From an uncultured archaeon (GTDB lineage: Archaea > Thermoproteota > Nitrososphaeria > Nitrososphaerales > Gagatemarchaeaceae): a DNA stretch of 64,000 nucleotides. Made by a program: the position numbers and the translations under genes. Below are positions 48,499 to 59,368 of the stretch, one piece after another; position 1 is the stretch's first letter, and every line of letters begins with the position of its first letter. The stretch is taken from assembly GCA_963799775.1 (NCBI GenBank), contig CAWCYD010000002.1, positions 192,001 to 256,000 of the forward strand, written 5' to 3'. A model generated the notes under the pieces. It worked only from the letters and a program-made list of their open reading frames with translations, was not told where the DNA came from and made no database searches.

Positions 48499-48990
48499 CT
48501 AGCGCTTTCTGGTAGCCCTTGTACTGCCAGTGCCTCTAGGCTTGGCGTGCGTTCTTGAAGATGCTGTCGCGCTCTTCCTTGGCGCTCTGTGGCTCCTCGC
48601 CGCCGGTGAGGCGTGAGACTCCACTGTGGCCGACGTCGCCACGGGCACGAACGCAGCTGTCGCGTCTATCGACGAGATCGCCGCGCTTCCCGAGCTGGCT
48701 GCCGCAACCTCTGCAGTCATCGTAGAGACCGAGCTCGACGAGATCGCGTGGATCCCCTCGGCGGGTGCCTCAACGACTGGTGACTGGGTGGCGGTAACGG
48801 TCACTTCAGACATCGGTGCCGCGTCGCTCTGTGAGATTGTTGCTGATTGTGCTGGGAGGGAGATCGTCTCGATCGACGAAACTCCGGAGAAGGACTGTGA
48901 GGCTCCGATTTGCCTCGGCTTCACTGCGTACAGAACCACTGCGACTCCGACGCCTGTGCCTAAGAGTATGGTCAGCATCTGTTCGAAGAC
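48499..48990 (-). CDS. hypothetical membrane-anchored low-complexity protein
   Basis: N-terminal TM helix, S/A/T-rich body, basic tail. Confidence 0.5.
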   Translation of the reverse strand, partial: VFEQMLTILLGTGVGVAVVLYAVKPRQIGASQSFSGVSSIETISLPAQSATISQSDAAPMSEVTVTATQSPVVEAPAEGIHAISSSSVSTMTAEVAAASSGSAAISSIDATAAFVPVATSATVESHASPAARSHRAPRKSATASSRTHAKPRGTGSTRATRKR

Positions 48991-49171
48991 CATTTTGCCT
49001 GTTACACCTGGAATGATATGAGGAAGCCGCATGTCATTTGCTCGGGAGTCAAAGCTATTACACAAGGAAATCAAAATGGAGCACCTCCCGAAAGGGTGCA
49101 AATCTGACCCCGAAGACGGTCGAACTCAAAATTCTTATATCGAACGTGAACGAAATAGAGAATCTCTTAGA

Positions 49172-49562
49172 ATGACGTATCCACTCGACAAACTCTGTTA
49201 TCAGATATTCAAGTACGACCGCCGTGTCAGGTACGCAGGCGTCTTGGACGACACGGGCCGGGTCATCGCCGGAGGCATGAGGAAGGGCATCTCTTCGCTG
49301 GAGCCTGCGAGCGATGGACCTGAGGCTCATGGCCAATCTGACGATCCAGATAGGCACAGACAAGACATGGGACCAGTACTTCGGCAAGATCCAGTACACC
49401 TTCGTGAAGAGGGAGAAGGTGAACATGGTCCTCTTCGGCGTGGGCCCGAACCTGATGTTGATCACCGCGCAGCCTGACTTTGACCTGGAGCAGGTCGCGC
49501 ATCTCAGGGAGACCGTGATAACCATCTGGAGCACGGGGATGCTCCCAGAGAAGCCGCAGTGA
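49172..49562 (+). CDS. roadblock/longin-like protein (frameshift near 49312)
   Basis: LCYQIFKYDRRVRYAGVLDDTGRVIAGGMRKG...FGKIQYTFVKREKV. Confidence 0.65.
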
Positions 49563-49572
49563 GGATGCCCGG

Positions 49573-49800
49573 CTAGGACATCCCGAGCTCGCGGAAGGGG
49601 GCCTGGGGCACTCCCAGCTCCACCTGGAGCGACCTTGTCCTCTTCGCATACTCCACCAAGTTATCCTTCTCGCCCTTGACCTTGGCCATCTTGTGGGCCC
49701 GCCAGAAGTTCTTCAGCGCGGCCCAAGTCTGTCCCTTCGAGCGGACGACCTCTTGGATTTCGAGAACGGGAAAAGCCCGTGCGGAGCAGTTTTCTATAAA
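49573..49800 (-). CDS. small hypothetical protein
   Basis: RSKGQTWAALKNFW...EYAKRTRSLQVELG; start uncertain. Confidence 0.45.
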   Translation of the reverse strand, partial: FIENCSARAFPVLEIQEVVRSKGQTWAALKNFWRAHKMAKVKGEKDNLVEYAKRTRSLQVELGVPQAPFRELGMS

Positions 49801-50186
49801 GACTGACGCGGTTCGTCGTTCTTCACTTCGAACGGGAGCGGCTCGCCGTGGACGTTGAAGACCTTCAGGCACGATTCGTCAGTGTAGGGCGCCCCAGCGA
49901 TGACCATTATCTTCCCTGTCACGTGGAGCACGTCCTGGTGCGAGGGATGCGCGTGTCCAGACGGATGCGAATGAGCCACGCCGACGTAGCTCAAGTCCAT
50001 CGGCATCATGTTCCAGCTGAAGCTCGAGAAGCCCGACCCGTGTATAGCGGCCGGGGGGATTACGACGCTCTCGACATCGACCACCCCGCTCCGCGTCCTC
50101 CCCCTGAGAAGGAGTATCCCCTCCCTCGGGTGGAACATCCTCGAGTATGAGAGGACGCTGTCGAGGACAGACCTCCGGATCACCAC
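49794..50186 (-). CDS. JAB1/MPN (JAMM) metalloprotease
   Basis: HPREG...HSHPSG...PS..D JAMM motif. Confidence 0.85.
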   Translation of the reverse strand: MVIRRSVLDSVLSYSRMFHPREGILLLRGRTRSGVVDVESVVIPPAAIHGSGFSSFSWNMMPMDLSYVGVAHSHPSGHAHPSHQDVLHVTGKIMVIAGAPYTDESCLKVFNVHGEPLPFEVKNDEPRQSL

Positions 50187-50361
50187 GCTCTTGACTGGGA
50201 TGCGTCATCGCCTCGCGGGCCCGTCTAGTCTGTCCATCTTCGGAGAGAGGATAATGCACTCATAAAAAGCTCTAAGGGCCGCGCAGAGGGCCTCAAAGTC
50301 CAGAAGGGTTTAAAACAACCACAAATCGCTCCTTGCTAGTCAAAGAGGATTAGTTTACACC

Positions 50362-51117
50362 ATGTTCGCACCTTCGGCAGGCTATGACAGGGCCATTACG
50401 ATCTTCTCTCCAGATGGCAGGCTCTACCAGGTGGAGTACGCGCTCGAGACGGTCAGGAGGGGCAGCCTTGCGGTGGGCGTGAGGACCGACGACGGCGTGG
50501 TGCTCGCGGTCGAGGAGAGGGGAAGGAAGCTCCAGAGCGGAGAGTCCGTCGTCAAAATGTTCCAGATCGACGACCACATCGGCGCTGTCGGCGCGGGATA
50601 CATCCCCGACGCGAGGATCCAGGTGGACAACGCGAGGGTCATCGCCCAGAGCAACCGACTGGTCTACGACGAGCCCGTCGACATCGAGACGGTGGCCAAG
50701 AGGATCGCGGACCTCAACCAGCAGTACACGCAGTACGCCGGGGTGAGGCCTTTCGGCGTCAGCTTGATCATCTCCGGCGTCGACGAGAACCGCGGCCCCG
50801 TCGTCTTCCTGACAGACCCCACCGGCGCGTACCTCGGCTTCGACGCTATCGCGATAGGTGCGGGGAGCGACCAGGTCAACGAGTACCTCGAGAAGACCTA
50901 CAACAAAGGGATGTCCCTCGAGCAGGGCATAACACTGGCGATAGAGTGCATCTACCTCGTGAGCGAGGACAAGACGGGCGTCTTCCACATCAAGACGGCG
51001 GTGGTCGACGCAAAGACCAAGAAGATGAGGCGCCTCACCGAGGACGAGATCACAAAGCATGCGGCGAACGCCAAGACTCGCGGCAGCGAGAAGACTCCCA
51101 ACAACAGGGGAGCATAG
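50362..51117 (+). CDS. psmA: proteasome alpha subunit
   Basis: YDRAITIFSPDGRLYQVEYA; RPFGVS. Confidence 0.97.
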   Translation: MFAPSAGYDRAITIFSPDGRLYQVEYALETVRRGSLAVGVRTDDGVVLAVEERGRKLQSGESVVKMFQIDDHIGAVGAGYIPDARIQVDNARVIAQSNRLVYDEPVDIETVAKRIADLNQQYTQYAGVRPFGVSLIISGVDENRGPVVFLTDPTGAYLGFDAIAIGAGSDQVNEYLEKTYNKGMSLEQGITLAIECIYLVSEDKTGVFHIKTAVVDAKTKKMRRLTEDEITKHAANAKTRGSEKTPNNRGA

Positions 51118-51132
51118 CCTGATGTAAGGCTC

Positions 51133-51822
51133 ATGTCGAGCAAGTTCACGACCGTCCGGCTCGTCATCGAGGGCCATCGATACGAGATAATGGTCCACCC
51201 AGACGCAGCCCTGAGCTACAAGACGGGCAAGGCAGTCGACCCCTCGCAGGTCATCGGCATCGACGAGGTCTTCTCCGACGCCAACAGGGGCCTCCGCGCC
51301 CCCGGCGACCTGCTGAAGAAGCACTTCGGGACGGACGACCACGCAAAGGCGGCCGTCGAGATACTGAAGCGGGGGGAGCTCCAGCTCACGCAGGAGCAGA
51401 GGCACCGGATGACCGAGGAGAAGAGGCGGCAGGTGGTCTCGATGATAGCGAAGACCTACGTGGACCCGAGGACGGGGCTCCCCCACCCACCGATAAGGAT
51501 CGAGCAGGCGATGCAGGAGGCGAGGGTCTCGTTCGACCCCTTCAAGGACGCGAACGAGCAGATGAAGACGATACTCGAGGAGCTCAGGAAGATCCTCCCG
51601 ATGAAGTCGGAGAAGGTCAAGCTGATGGTGAAGGCCCCCGCCCAATACGCGGGCCAGACCATCGGCGTCCTCAAGGGCTTCGGCGAGATACTTAAAGAGG
51701 AGTGGGGAGGGGACGGTGGATTGTCTGCGATAATAGAAGTCCCAGCTGCGACCCAGCCTGGCTTACTTGAGAGGCTGGGATCGGCAACGCGAGGTTCCGC
51801 TCAAGTTACACTGGTGAAATAG
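51133..51822 (+). CDS. sdo1: ribosome maturation factor SBDS/Sdo1
   Basis: GELQLT.EQR, DPRTGLPHPP.RIE.AM. Confidence 0.95.
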   Translation: MSSKFTTVRLVIEGHRYEIMVHPDAALSYKTGKAVDPSQVIGIDEVFSDANRGLRAPGDLLKKHFGTDDHAKAAVEILKRGELQLTQEQRHRMTEEKRRQVVSMIAKTYVDPRTGLPHPPIRIEQAMQEARVSFDPFKDANEQMKTILEELRKILPMKSEKVKLMVKAPAQYAGQTIGVLKGFGEILKEEWGGDGGLSAIIEVPAATQPGLLERLGSATRGSAQVTLVK

Positions 51823-51826
51823 AAAA

Positions 51827-52550
51827 ATGGTTGAGATAACAAGGAAGCAGGTGATTCCCGGCGATGTCATAGTCACGGGCGACTACAGGCCCGGGATGTT
51901 CGTCCAGCGCCGAGGGACCGACATGGTCGCCCTACGGATAGGGCTAGCCGAGATAGTGAGGAACGACGTCAAGGTCATCCCTCTCTCGGGGGCCTACATG
52001 CCCAGGGTCGAGGACATGGTCGTCGGGAAGGTCGTCAACCTCACAGGCTACGGGTGGGAGGCGGACATCAACTCGTGCTTCGTCGGATACCTGCCCGGAC
52101 AGTTCGTCTTCGGTAGGGACTTCTCCCCTGCGACCCACGACCTGACCCAGAGGTTCACGGTGGGCGACCTCATGCTCGCGAAGATAGAGGCCTTCGACAG
52201 GACTAGAGACCCTCAGCTCTCGATACGCGGCCCCGACCTCGGAAAGATCCCGCAGGGGAAGATAGTCAAGCTCTCGCCGATGAAGTGTCCCCCGTCTCAT
52301 CGGAAGGAAGGGCTACATGATCAACATGATCGCGGAGCTCACGAACTGCGAGATCAAGGTGGGGCAGAACGGCATGATAGTCCTCGACGGCCCTCCCGAG
52401 GGCGTCGCAAAGGCGACAGAGTGCATCGAGCTCATCGAGCAGGATGCTCACATGGCGGACCTCACGAACAAGGTCCAGAAGCTCCTGGGGGTGGAGCCGA
52501 CCGGCCAGCCAATGGAGCCGGCGGGAAGCCCAGATAGCGGTGAATCATAG
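51827..52550 (+). CDS. rrp4: exosome RNA-binding protein Rrp4 (frameshift near 52290)
   Basis: VIPGD, Y.PRVED.VVG S1 domain, KH domain with VGQNG. Confidence 0.92.
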
Positions 52551-52552
52551 AT

Positions 52553-53320
52553 TTGACTGAAGCGAAGAGGAAACTGATAGACGACAACGGCATCCGGACC
52601 GACGGCCGTCGATGGGACGAGCTGAGGCCTCTGAAGATCGAGGCAGGCGTGGTCCGCAACGCAGACGGCTCCGCCCTGATAGAGTGGGGGAAGAACAAGA
52701 TCATGGCCGCCGTCTACGGGCCGAAGGAGATGCACCCGAAGCACCTCGAGCTGGCGGACAGGGCGTTCCTAAAGTGCAGGTACCACATGGCCCCCTTCTC
52801 GGTGGACGAGAGGAAGAACCCGGCGCCGTCGAGGAGAGAGATAGAGATCTCAAAGGTGATCAGGGAGGCCTTGCAGCCCGCCCTATTCCTCGAGGACTAC
52901 CCTCGCACCGCGATCCAGGTCTACGTCGAGGTCCTCCAGTCCGACGGAGGCTCGAGGGTGGCAGGCATCACGGCGAGCGCCGTCGCCCTGGCGGACGCCG
53001 GGATCAACATGCGCGACATGGTCGTGGGCTGCGCCGTGGGGAAGGTCGACGGGAAGATAGTCGTCGACCTCAACGACACCGAGGACAAGGAGGGGTCGGG
53101 CGACCTGCCCTACGCCTTCATGCCGAACCTCAACCAGGTGACGCTGCTTCAGTTGGACGGGCTCTTCTCGTTCGACGAGTTCAAGCAGGCGATCGAGCTC
53201 GCAAAGGGAGCGGGGATGAAGGTCTACAAGCTCCAGAGGGAGGCGCTCATGAAGAAGTATTTCAGCGGAGGAGGGCCTGAGACGGCCACCGCCACCGCCG
53301 AGATGATGGAGGAGGCGTAG
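52553..53320 (+). CDS. rrp41: exosome catalytic subunit Rrp41
   Basis: RTDGRRWDELRP, ADGSA, SRREIEISKV, SDGGSR. Confidence 0.97.
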   Translation: MTEAKRKLIDDNGIRTDGRRWDELRPLKIEAGVVRNADGSALIEWGKNKIMAAVYGPKEMHPKHLELADRAFLKCRYHMAPFSVDERKNPAPSRREIEISKVIREALQPALFLEDYPRTAIQVYVEVLQSDGGSRVAGITASAVALADAGINMRDMVVGCAVGKVDGKIVVDLNDTEDKEGSGDLPYAFMPNLNQVTLLQLDGLFSFDEFKQAIELAKGAGMKVYKLQREALMKKYFSGGGPETATATAEMMEEA

Positions 53321-53324
53321 GCAA

Positions 53325-54139
53325 TTGCCCAGCAAGTCGTTCGTCGTCGAGACGATAAAGCGAAACCGGATAATCGAGGCCCTGGCCAACGGGAAGCGCC
53401 TGGACGGCCGGGCTCTGAACGAGCAGCGAAAGCTCGAGATCAAGACCCACGTCATCGAGAAGGCCAACGGCTCCGCGATGGTCACGCTGGGGAACACCCA
53501 GGTGCTCGCGGGAGTGAAGATAGACAAGGGCATACCCTTCCCCGACACGCCCGACAAGGGGCTGCTCATCGTCGGGGCCGAGGTGCTCCCGATGGCAGCG
53601 GCTTACCTCGAGGCTGGACCGCCCGACGAGAGCGCCATCGAGCTCGCAAGGGTAGTCGACAGGGGCGTGAGGGAGTCGGAGATGATCGACGTCTCGTCTC
53701 TCTGCATAAAGGCGGGCAAGTGGGTCTACGCGGTCTTCGTCGATGTGAACATCCTCAACGTCGACGGGAACCTCTTCGACGCCACGAGCTACGCCGTGGT
53801 GTCAGCGCTCCTCACGGCGAAGATGCCAAAGTTCGTCATGGACGGCGACGCGGTCAAGGACACGGGCGAGAGTGCCCCCTCCCTGTCGCGAAGATCCCCG
53901 TCTCCATCACGATCGCCAACATCAACAACAACCTCGTGCTCGACCCGACGGAGGAGGAAGAGGCCGTCATGGACGCGAGGATAACCCTCGACACTGAGGA
54001 CGGCGGCAACCTGTGCGCCGGACAAAAGGGAGAGCCTGGCTCCTTCTCGCCCGAGCAGATACTCACCGCCGCCGAATGGTCAATCGCCAGAGGAAAGGAG
54101 ATACGTCAGAAGATCAAGGAGGCGGCGGGTCGTGCCTAG
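53325..54139 (+). CDS. rrp42: exosome subunit Rrp42 (frameshift near 53880)
   Basis: RLDGR, KANGSA, ELARVVDRGVRES, LDPTEEEE. Confidence 0.93.
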
Positions 54140-54359
54140 ATCCAAGTCGTTAAAGGGTCTCGGGGCCAAGTACGGAGGCACCCTGAGGAAGAGGTACTCC
54201 AAGATCTACAGGACGCTAAAGGCGAAGAAGGAGTGCCCGTCCTGCTCCAACATGAGGCTGAGGCGCGTCTCATCGGGCATATGGAAGTGTGCCAGTTGCG
54301 GTTACACCGTGGCCGGCGGTGCCTACGACATCGCACCCGCCAAGACGCAGCAGAAGTAG
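54132..54359 (+). CDS. rpl37ae: 50S ribosomal protein L37Ae
   Basis: GAKYGGTLRK, CPSC..GIWKCASC..AGGAY. Confidence 0.95.
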   Translation: MPRSKSLKGLGAKYGGTLRKRYSKIYRTLKAKKECPSCSNMRLRRVSSGIWKCASCGYTVAGGAYDIAPAKTQQK

Positions 54360-54399
54360 CAGCGCAAAGGCCGGGAGCGACCCCAAGGCCCCCGCCCCT

Positions 54400-54591
54400 C
54401 TGAAGCGAATATCTCTCAAGGTCACACTGCGAGGGCCCCGCAAGGACGGCGTCGAGCGTCTGGCCCTCGAGAACGGGCTGACGGTCAAGAAGGAGGGCAA
54501 AGGCCTCACACTAGAGTTCACGGCCACCAATGCGGACGAAGCGCTGGAGAGACTGCAGCTCATCACCAAACTCATCACCCCGACTGCCTGA
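54400..54591 (+). CDS. small protein, possibly a divergent KEOPS Pcc1
   Basis: Position between rpl37ae and pfdB; LTLEFTATNADEALERL; start uncertain. Confidence 0.35.
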   Translation: MKRISLKVTLRGPRKDGVERLALENGLTVKKEGKGLTLEFTATNADEALERLQLITKLITPTA

Positions 54592-54635
54592 AGGCTTTAT
54601 TTACTGACGCCAAGCTCGCGGTTCGAGAAAAGAGA

Positions 54636-55023
54636 TTGAGCCAACAAGAGATTCCTCCGTGGTTGAGGGAGCAGCTCGCGAGGCTGGAGCAGCTCCAGCA
54701 GAACCTCCAAGCCGTCCAGATGCAGAAGCAGCAGGTCGAGGCGGAACTCGGGGAGACGGACAGGGCGCTCGAGGAGCTGAAGAACGCGCCCGAGGGGGAG
54801 CAGATCTACAAGTACGCCGGTAACCTTCTGATCAAGGTCACAAAGGAGGCCATCACAAAGGAGCTTCAGGAGAAGAAGGAGGTCGCGAACACGCGCACCC
54901 TTGTCCTCGGGAAGCAGGAGGCACGCTTCAAGGAGAGCCTGAATGGACCTTCAGACGAAGATCGATGACATGCTGAAGGGAATGACCCAGTCAGCCCCGC
55001 AGGAACGCAACCCATCATCCTAG
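54636..55023 (+). CDS. pfdB: prefoldin beta subunit (frameshift near 54945)
   Basis: QEIPPWLREQLARLEQLQQNLQ..IYKYAGNLLIK. Confidence 0.92.
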
Positions 55024-55063
55024 GGATGCGACCTGAAAACGGCCTTGGCCGCGAGCGGGAGGG

Positions 55064-56077
55064 TTGCGGAGCGCAGTGAGCTCTGAGAAGTTCCCCTTCA
55101 CAGAGCCGAAGAAGATCCGGCGCGCGGGGATAATCTGCCACAGGCACGCTGACCCTGACGCCTACCTCGCCGGCTTCGCGATCTCCAAGCTGCTCGCCCG
55201 GATCTCGCCCTCCGCCCGCGTCGACCTGGTCCTCCCCGACGGGATGAGCCTGCTCACGCGGCGCCTCTCGGAGTCTTTCAAGCTGGAGAACCTCGTCGAG
55301 GGAGACGGGGAGGATGAGGAGTACGACCTACTCGTCGCCGTCGACATGGGCCACACCGAGCTCTTGAAGGACTGGCTGGACAAGATGGTGAAGAGCAAGG
55401 CCGTCAGGGTGCTGATCGACCACCACCCCATGCAAGAGGGCGCCCCGTACGACCACATGCTGGTGGACGCCACGGCCTCGTCCGCGTCAGAGATCGTCTC
55501 GAGGATCTTCAGCGACCTCGACGTGACGATGGAGGCCCAGACCGCCCAGGCCATCCTCCTGGGGATAATGTTCGACTCGCAGCATCTCCTGATCGCCAAA
55601 GAGAAGACGCTCAGGGAGGTCGTCCGCCTCCTCGACAAGGGAGCGAGCCTCGACGACGCGAGAAGCCTCCTGCGCTCGCCCCCAGACTACGGCGAGGTCC
55701 TGGCCAAGTTAAAGTCGGCCAAGAGGCTGAAGCTCTACAAGCTGGGAAGCTGGGTGGCTGTGACCACGACGGTCGGGTCGTTCCAGTCGAACGTCGCGCG
55801 GTCACTTGTCTCGATGGGCGCAGACCTCGCCATCGTGAGCGGGGAGACGGGTCATGAGACCCGAGGCAGCCTCCGCGCCAACCAGAGGTTCTGGGAGGCG
55901 ACGAAGATCCACCTTGGCACCGACGTCGCCGCTGCCATCGCGAAGGAGACAGGCATCGGAGGAGGGCACCCCACGGCCGCGTCCTTCACATGCTCCATGC
56001 CGGAGGACAAGGCGGCCGAGAGCGCCCTGGCGATGGTCGCTTCCCTGTTGAAGGTCGAGCCCTCAGAGATTCGCTGA
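55064..56077 (+). CDS. DHH-family phosphoesterase
   Basis: HRHADPDA, VD, IDHH, GGGHPTAA. Confidence 0.9.
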   Translation: MRSAVSSEKFPFTEPKKIRRAGIICHRHADPDAYLAGFAISKLLARISPSARVDLVLPDGMSLLTRRLSESFKLENLVEGDGEDEEYDLLVAVDMGHTELLKDWLDKMVKSKAVRVLIDHHPMQEGAPYDHMLVDATASSASEIVSRIFSDLDVTMEAQTAQAILLGIMFDSQHLLIAKEKTLREVVRLLDKGASLDDARSLLRSPPDYGEVLAKLKSAKRLKLYKLGSWVAVTTTVGSFQSNVARSLVSMGADLAIVSGETGHETRGSLRANQRFWEATKIHLGTDVAAAIAKETGIGGGHPTAASFTCSMPEDKAAESALAMVASLLKVEPSEIR

Positions 56078-56083
56078 ACGGGG

Positions 56084-56767
56084 TCAGACGTGCGACCTGA
56101 GATAGGTAGTGACCCAGATCGTCCTTCCCGCGGCCCTGGTCGCCTGGACCTGCGGCAACCCGACGAGGAAGGATGTCACGCCCGCCGCGAAGAGCATCTG
56201 CAGCGTGTTGAAGACGGCCGTGAAGGCGAGTATCAGCCAAACGCCGTTTGCCGCCGTGAGGTCGACCCCTACGAGCTTGAAGTATCCGCCGAGATAGGGC
56301 ACGAGCCCGCCTATCGCGTACGCCCCGCCGAAGAAGACGATGAGGTAGTAGTTCGCCACCGTCAGGAGGGCCACCCTGGCGACGATCCCGAGCAGCGTCC
56401 CCAGCACGGCAGCCCTTGCGAACCCAGGGTTCCTCGAGCGCGAGATCAGCGTCGTCCCGAGCCAGACCCCTCCGAGCGACGCGAGTATCGAGAGCAACTT
56501 CAGTATCGGGCCTATCGGCACGTTCTGCCCGATGACCATCAGCGTGAGGAACTCGATGAAAGCTGCGACGACGCTCGGGACAGGCCCGAAGATGAAGAAG
56601 GCGAGAAGTATCGCGATCTCCCCGAGGTCGAACTGCAGGTATGGGACGACGGGGAAGTTCAGCCCCAGTCCCTGCGAGACGGTCGTCAAGACGACCGCCA
56701 GCGCCCCGAAGACGGCTATCCCGCCGAGCGAGACGCTGTCGAACCTCCCGAGCCTTCCTCGCTGCAT
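56084..56767 (-). CDS. ECF transporter S component
   Basis: FPVVPYLQFDLGEI; about six TM helices; divergent from the ECF module. Confidence 0.8.
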   Translation of the reverse strand: MQRGRLGRFDSVSLGGIAVFGALAVVLTTVSQGLGLNFPVVPYLQFDLGEIAILLAFFIFGPVPSVVAAFIEFLTLMVIGQNVPIGPILKLLSILASLGGVWLGTTLISRSRNPGFARAAVLGTLLGIVARVALLTVANYYLIVFFGGAYAIGGLVPYLGGYFKLVGVDLTAANGVWLILAFTAVFNTLQMLFAAGVTSFLVGLPQVQATRAAGRTIWVTTYLRSHV

Positions 56768-56921
56768 TCCAGCTTCTCGGAACCACTCAGTTTAATAAGA
56801 ATTTGGTAGCTACCAATAAAATGGTAATGATTACACCACTGCTCCGAGCCCAGTGCCAAAAGGATAACACGGGCTCCCAATGGCGAGGGAACTCGGGCAC
56901 CACGGGCTAGGGTAACAGGGA

Positions 56922-57782
56922 TTGACCGCCACGACCAGCGAGACCAAGACGCTTGCCTCCGTCCAGGGCCTCTCGTTCAAGTATCCTGACTCCCCCTCAC
57001 CCGCGATCAAGGACGTCGACCTAGAGATCGCACAGGGCGAGGTGGCCCTCCTCGCGGGGCCTAGCGGGTGCGGCAAGTCGACGCTCCTCCGATGCATCAA
57101 CGGGCTCATCCCCCACATGTATCCGGGGGACTACTCGGGCAAGGTCTCTGTCGGAGGCCTCACGGTGGCGGAGACGTCCATGAGCGTGCTCTCCCAGAAC
57201 ATCGGCCTCCTCTTCCAGAACCCGGAGAACCAGATCTTCATGTTCTCGGTGGAGAGGGACGTCGCCTTCGGACTCCAGAACCTCTCGATACCAAGGCCCG
57301 AGATGAGGGCGCGCGTCGACGAGGCCATGCGTCTCCTTGGAATCACGGACCTCGCCGACCGCGCACCGCACGAGCTCTCCGACGGGCAGAAGCAGAGGGC
57401 CGCCCTCGCCGGGGTCATCGCGATGCGTCCGAAGCTCATCATACTCGACGAGCCCACGTCGCTCCTCGACCCGAAGACGGCCCTCGAGGTCGTCTCTCTC
57501 ATCGAGAAGCTGAACCGCGAGCTCGGGATTACCTTCATAGTGGTCGAGCACAGGCTCGAGCTCCTCATCCCCATCGCCGATAGGCTCGTCGTGATGGACG
57601 GGGGCACCAAGGTGCTGGACGGCCCTCCGCGCGAGGTGTTGGCAGACCCTCACATCGAGCAGCACGGCGTGAGCGTCCCGCCCATCTCGAGGCTCCACAA
57701 CATGCTGGCCGCAGCCGGCGTGAGCATCCCCAGGGCCCCTGAGAGCCCCGAGGAGATGGCGGAGGAGCTGAACGGCCTTTGA
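56922..57782 (+). CDS. ecfA1: ECF transporter ATPase A1
   Basis: GPSGCGKST, FQNPENQ, LSDGQKQR, LDEP. Confidence 0.92.
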   Translation: MTATTSETKTLASVQGLSFKYPDSPSPAIKDVDLEIAQGEVALLAGPSGCGKSTLLRCINGLIPHMYPGDYSGKVSVGGLTVAETSMSVLSQNIGLLFQNPENQIFMFSVERDVAFGLQNLSIPRPEMRARVDEAMRLLGITDLADRAPHELSDGQKQRAALAGVIAMRPKLIILDEPTSLLDPKTALEVVSLIEKLNRELGITFIVVEHRLELLIPIADRLVVMDGGTKVLDGPPREVLADPHIEQHGVSVPPISRLHNMLAAAGVSIPRAPESPEEMAEELNGL

Positions 57783-58611
57783 CGCAGATCGAGTTCAAGG
57801 ACGTCACGTTCGCGCACCAGACCGGGGTAACGGCCCTCAGGGACGTGAGCCTGAGCATCGCGAAGGGGGAGACGGTCGCGATCGTCGGAGAGAACGGGGC
57901 TGGAAAGACCACCCTCGTCCGCCACATCAACGGCCTCTTGAAGCCGAGCAAGGGCTCCGTCCTCGTCGACGGCGTGGACACGCGCCAGACGACCTCGGCC
58001 GCCCTCTCGCGAAAGATAGGGATCGCGTTCCAGAACCCCGACCATCAGCTCTTCTCGGACAGCGTAGAGAACGAGGTGGCCTTCGCCTTGAGGAACTTCG
58101 GGTTCGCTGACCAGCTCATCGCGGAGAGGATGGGCTGGGCCTTGGACTTCTTCGGCCTGTCGCAATATCGCAAGTCCTCGCCTCTCGTCCTCAGCGGGGG
58201 CGAGAAGAAGAGGCTCACCCTGGCGTGCATCCTGGCGTGGCACCCGATGTGGTCGTCCTCGACGAACCCACCGTCGGTCAGGATGCTCTGCAGAAGGAGA
58301 AGCTCTCCCGGATCTTCAAGATGCTCAAGTCCACGGGGAAGACGATAATCGTCGTCTCTCACGACGTGGAGTTCCTCTGGCCGATCCAGCCGAGGCTGCT
58401 CGTCATGTCGGGCGGAAAGCTCGTGGCGGACGGGTCGACCTCGAAGATAATGGGGGACCGCGAGCTGCTAGAATCCGCGAGGGTAACCCAGCCGCAGCTG
58501 CTGAGGCTCTACGCGGGACTGCGCGGAAGGCCCCCCGAGCCTTTCCTGGACGTCCAGGAAGCAAAGAACTGGATCACCGACGGGTGGCGGGAACGGAAGG
58601 AGGCGAGATAG
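57779..58611 (+). CDS. ecfA2: ECF transporter ATPase A2 (frameshift near 58240)
   Basis: GENGAGKT, FQNPDHQ, LSGGEKKR, LDEPTVGQD. Confidence 0.9.
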
Positions 58612-58617
58612 CAGGCA

Positions 58618-59361
58618 ATGTACTGGATCTCAGGGGGTTTCGTCTTCAAGCGCGTCGTCTCGCCCATCAGCAAGCTCGACCCAAGGGTGAAGCTCCTCCT
58701 CTCGATAGAGCTCTTCATCGTCTCCCTCATCTCGACCACGCTCTCGGAGATGGCCGTCGTCCTATCCGCGATACTACTCATCTCCGCGCTCGCCAGGTCG
58801 CTGAAGAGGATCGCCAGGACCGTCGCCTTCTCCGGGGTCTTCGCCCTGTTCATTTTCGCGGTCAACTTCCTCTTCGGGCTCGGCCTCCTCAACGCGATAC
58901 TCTACTCGATCCGCTTCCTCGCGATAATCAGCTCGACCAGCCTCTTCTTCGTGACGACCTCCCCTGACGAGCTCGAGCAGATAATGAAGTGGATGCGCGT
59001 CCCACGAGACATCGTGTTCGCCTTCGTCACCGCGGTGAGGTTCATCCCTGTCGTGATGCTCGACGCGTTCCAGATAATGGACGCGCAAAAGTCGAGGGGG
59101 CTGGAGTTCGAGAAGGGCAACATCGTGCGGCGTGTCAGGAACATGGTCCCGATCCTGATCCCGCTCGTGGTGAACTCCGTGATCAGGAGCGGGGAGCTTG
59201 CCGAGGCGATGGAGTCCAGGGGCTACGGCTCCACGCCCAAACCCACCTCCCTCTACGGGATGACGCTCAGGTGGTACGACGCCCTGGTCGTGGCGGGTTG
59301 CGCTCTCACGTTCTTGGTTGCGACACTCTATATCTACCACTTCTCTCTCATCAGGGTCTGA
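58618..59361 (+). CDS. ecfT: ECF transporter transmembrane component T
   Basis: LDPRVK, RFIP, AQKSRG, AMESRG. Confidence 0.92.
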   Translation: MYWISGGFVFKRVVSPISKLDPRVKLLLSIELFIVSLISTTLSEMAVVLSAILLISALARSLKRIARTVAFSGVFALFIFAVNFLFGLGLLNAILYSIRFLAIISSTSLFFVTTSPDELEQIMKWMRVPRDIVFAFVTAVRFIPVVMLDAFQIMDAQKSRGLEFEKGNIVRRVRNMVPILIPLVVNSVIRSGELAEAMESRGYGSTPKPTSLYGMTLRWYDALVVAGCALTFLVATLYIYHFSLIRV

Positions 59362-59368
59362 TATCGGC

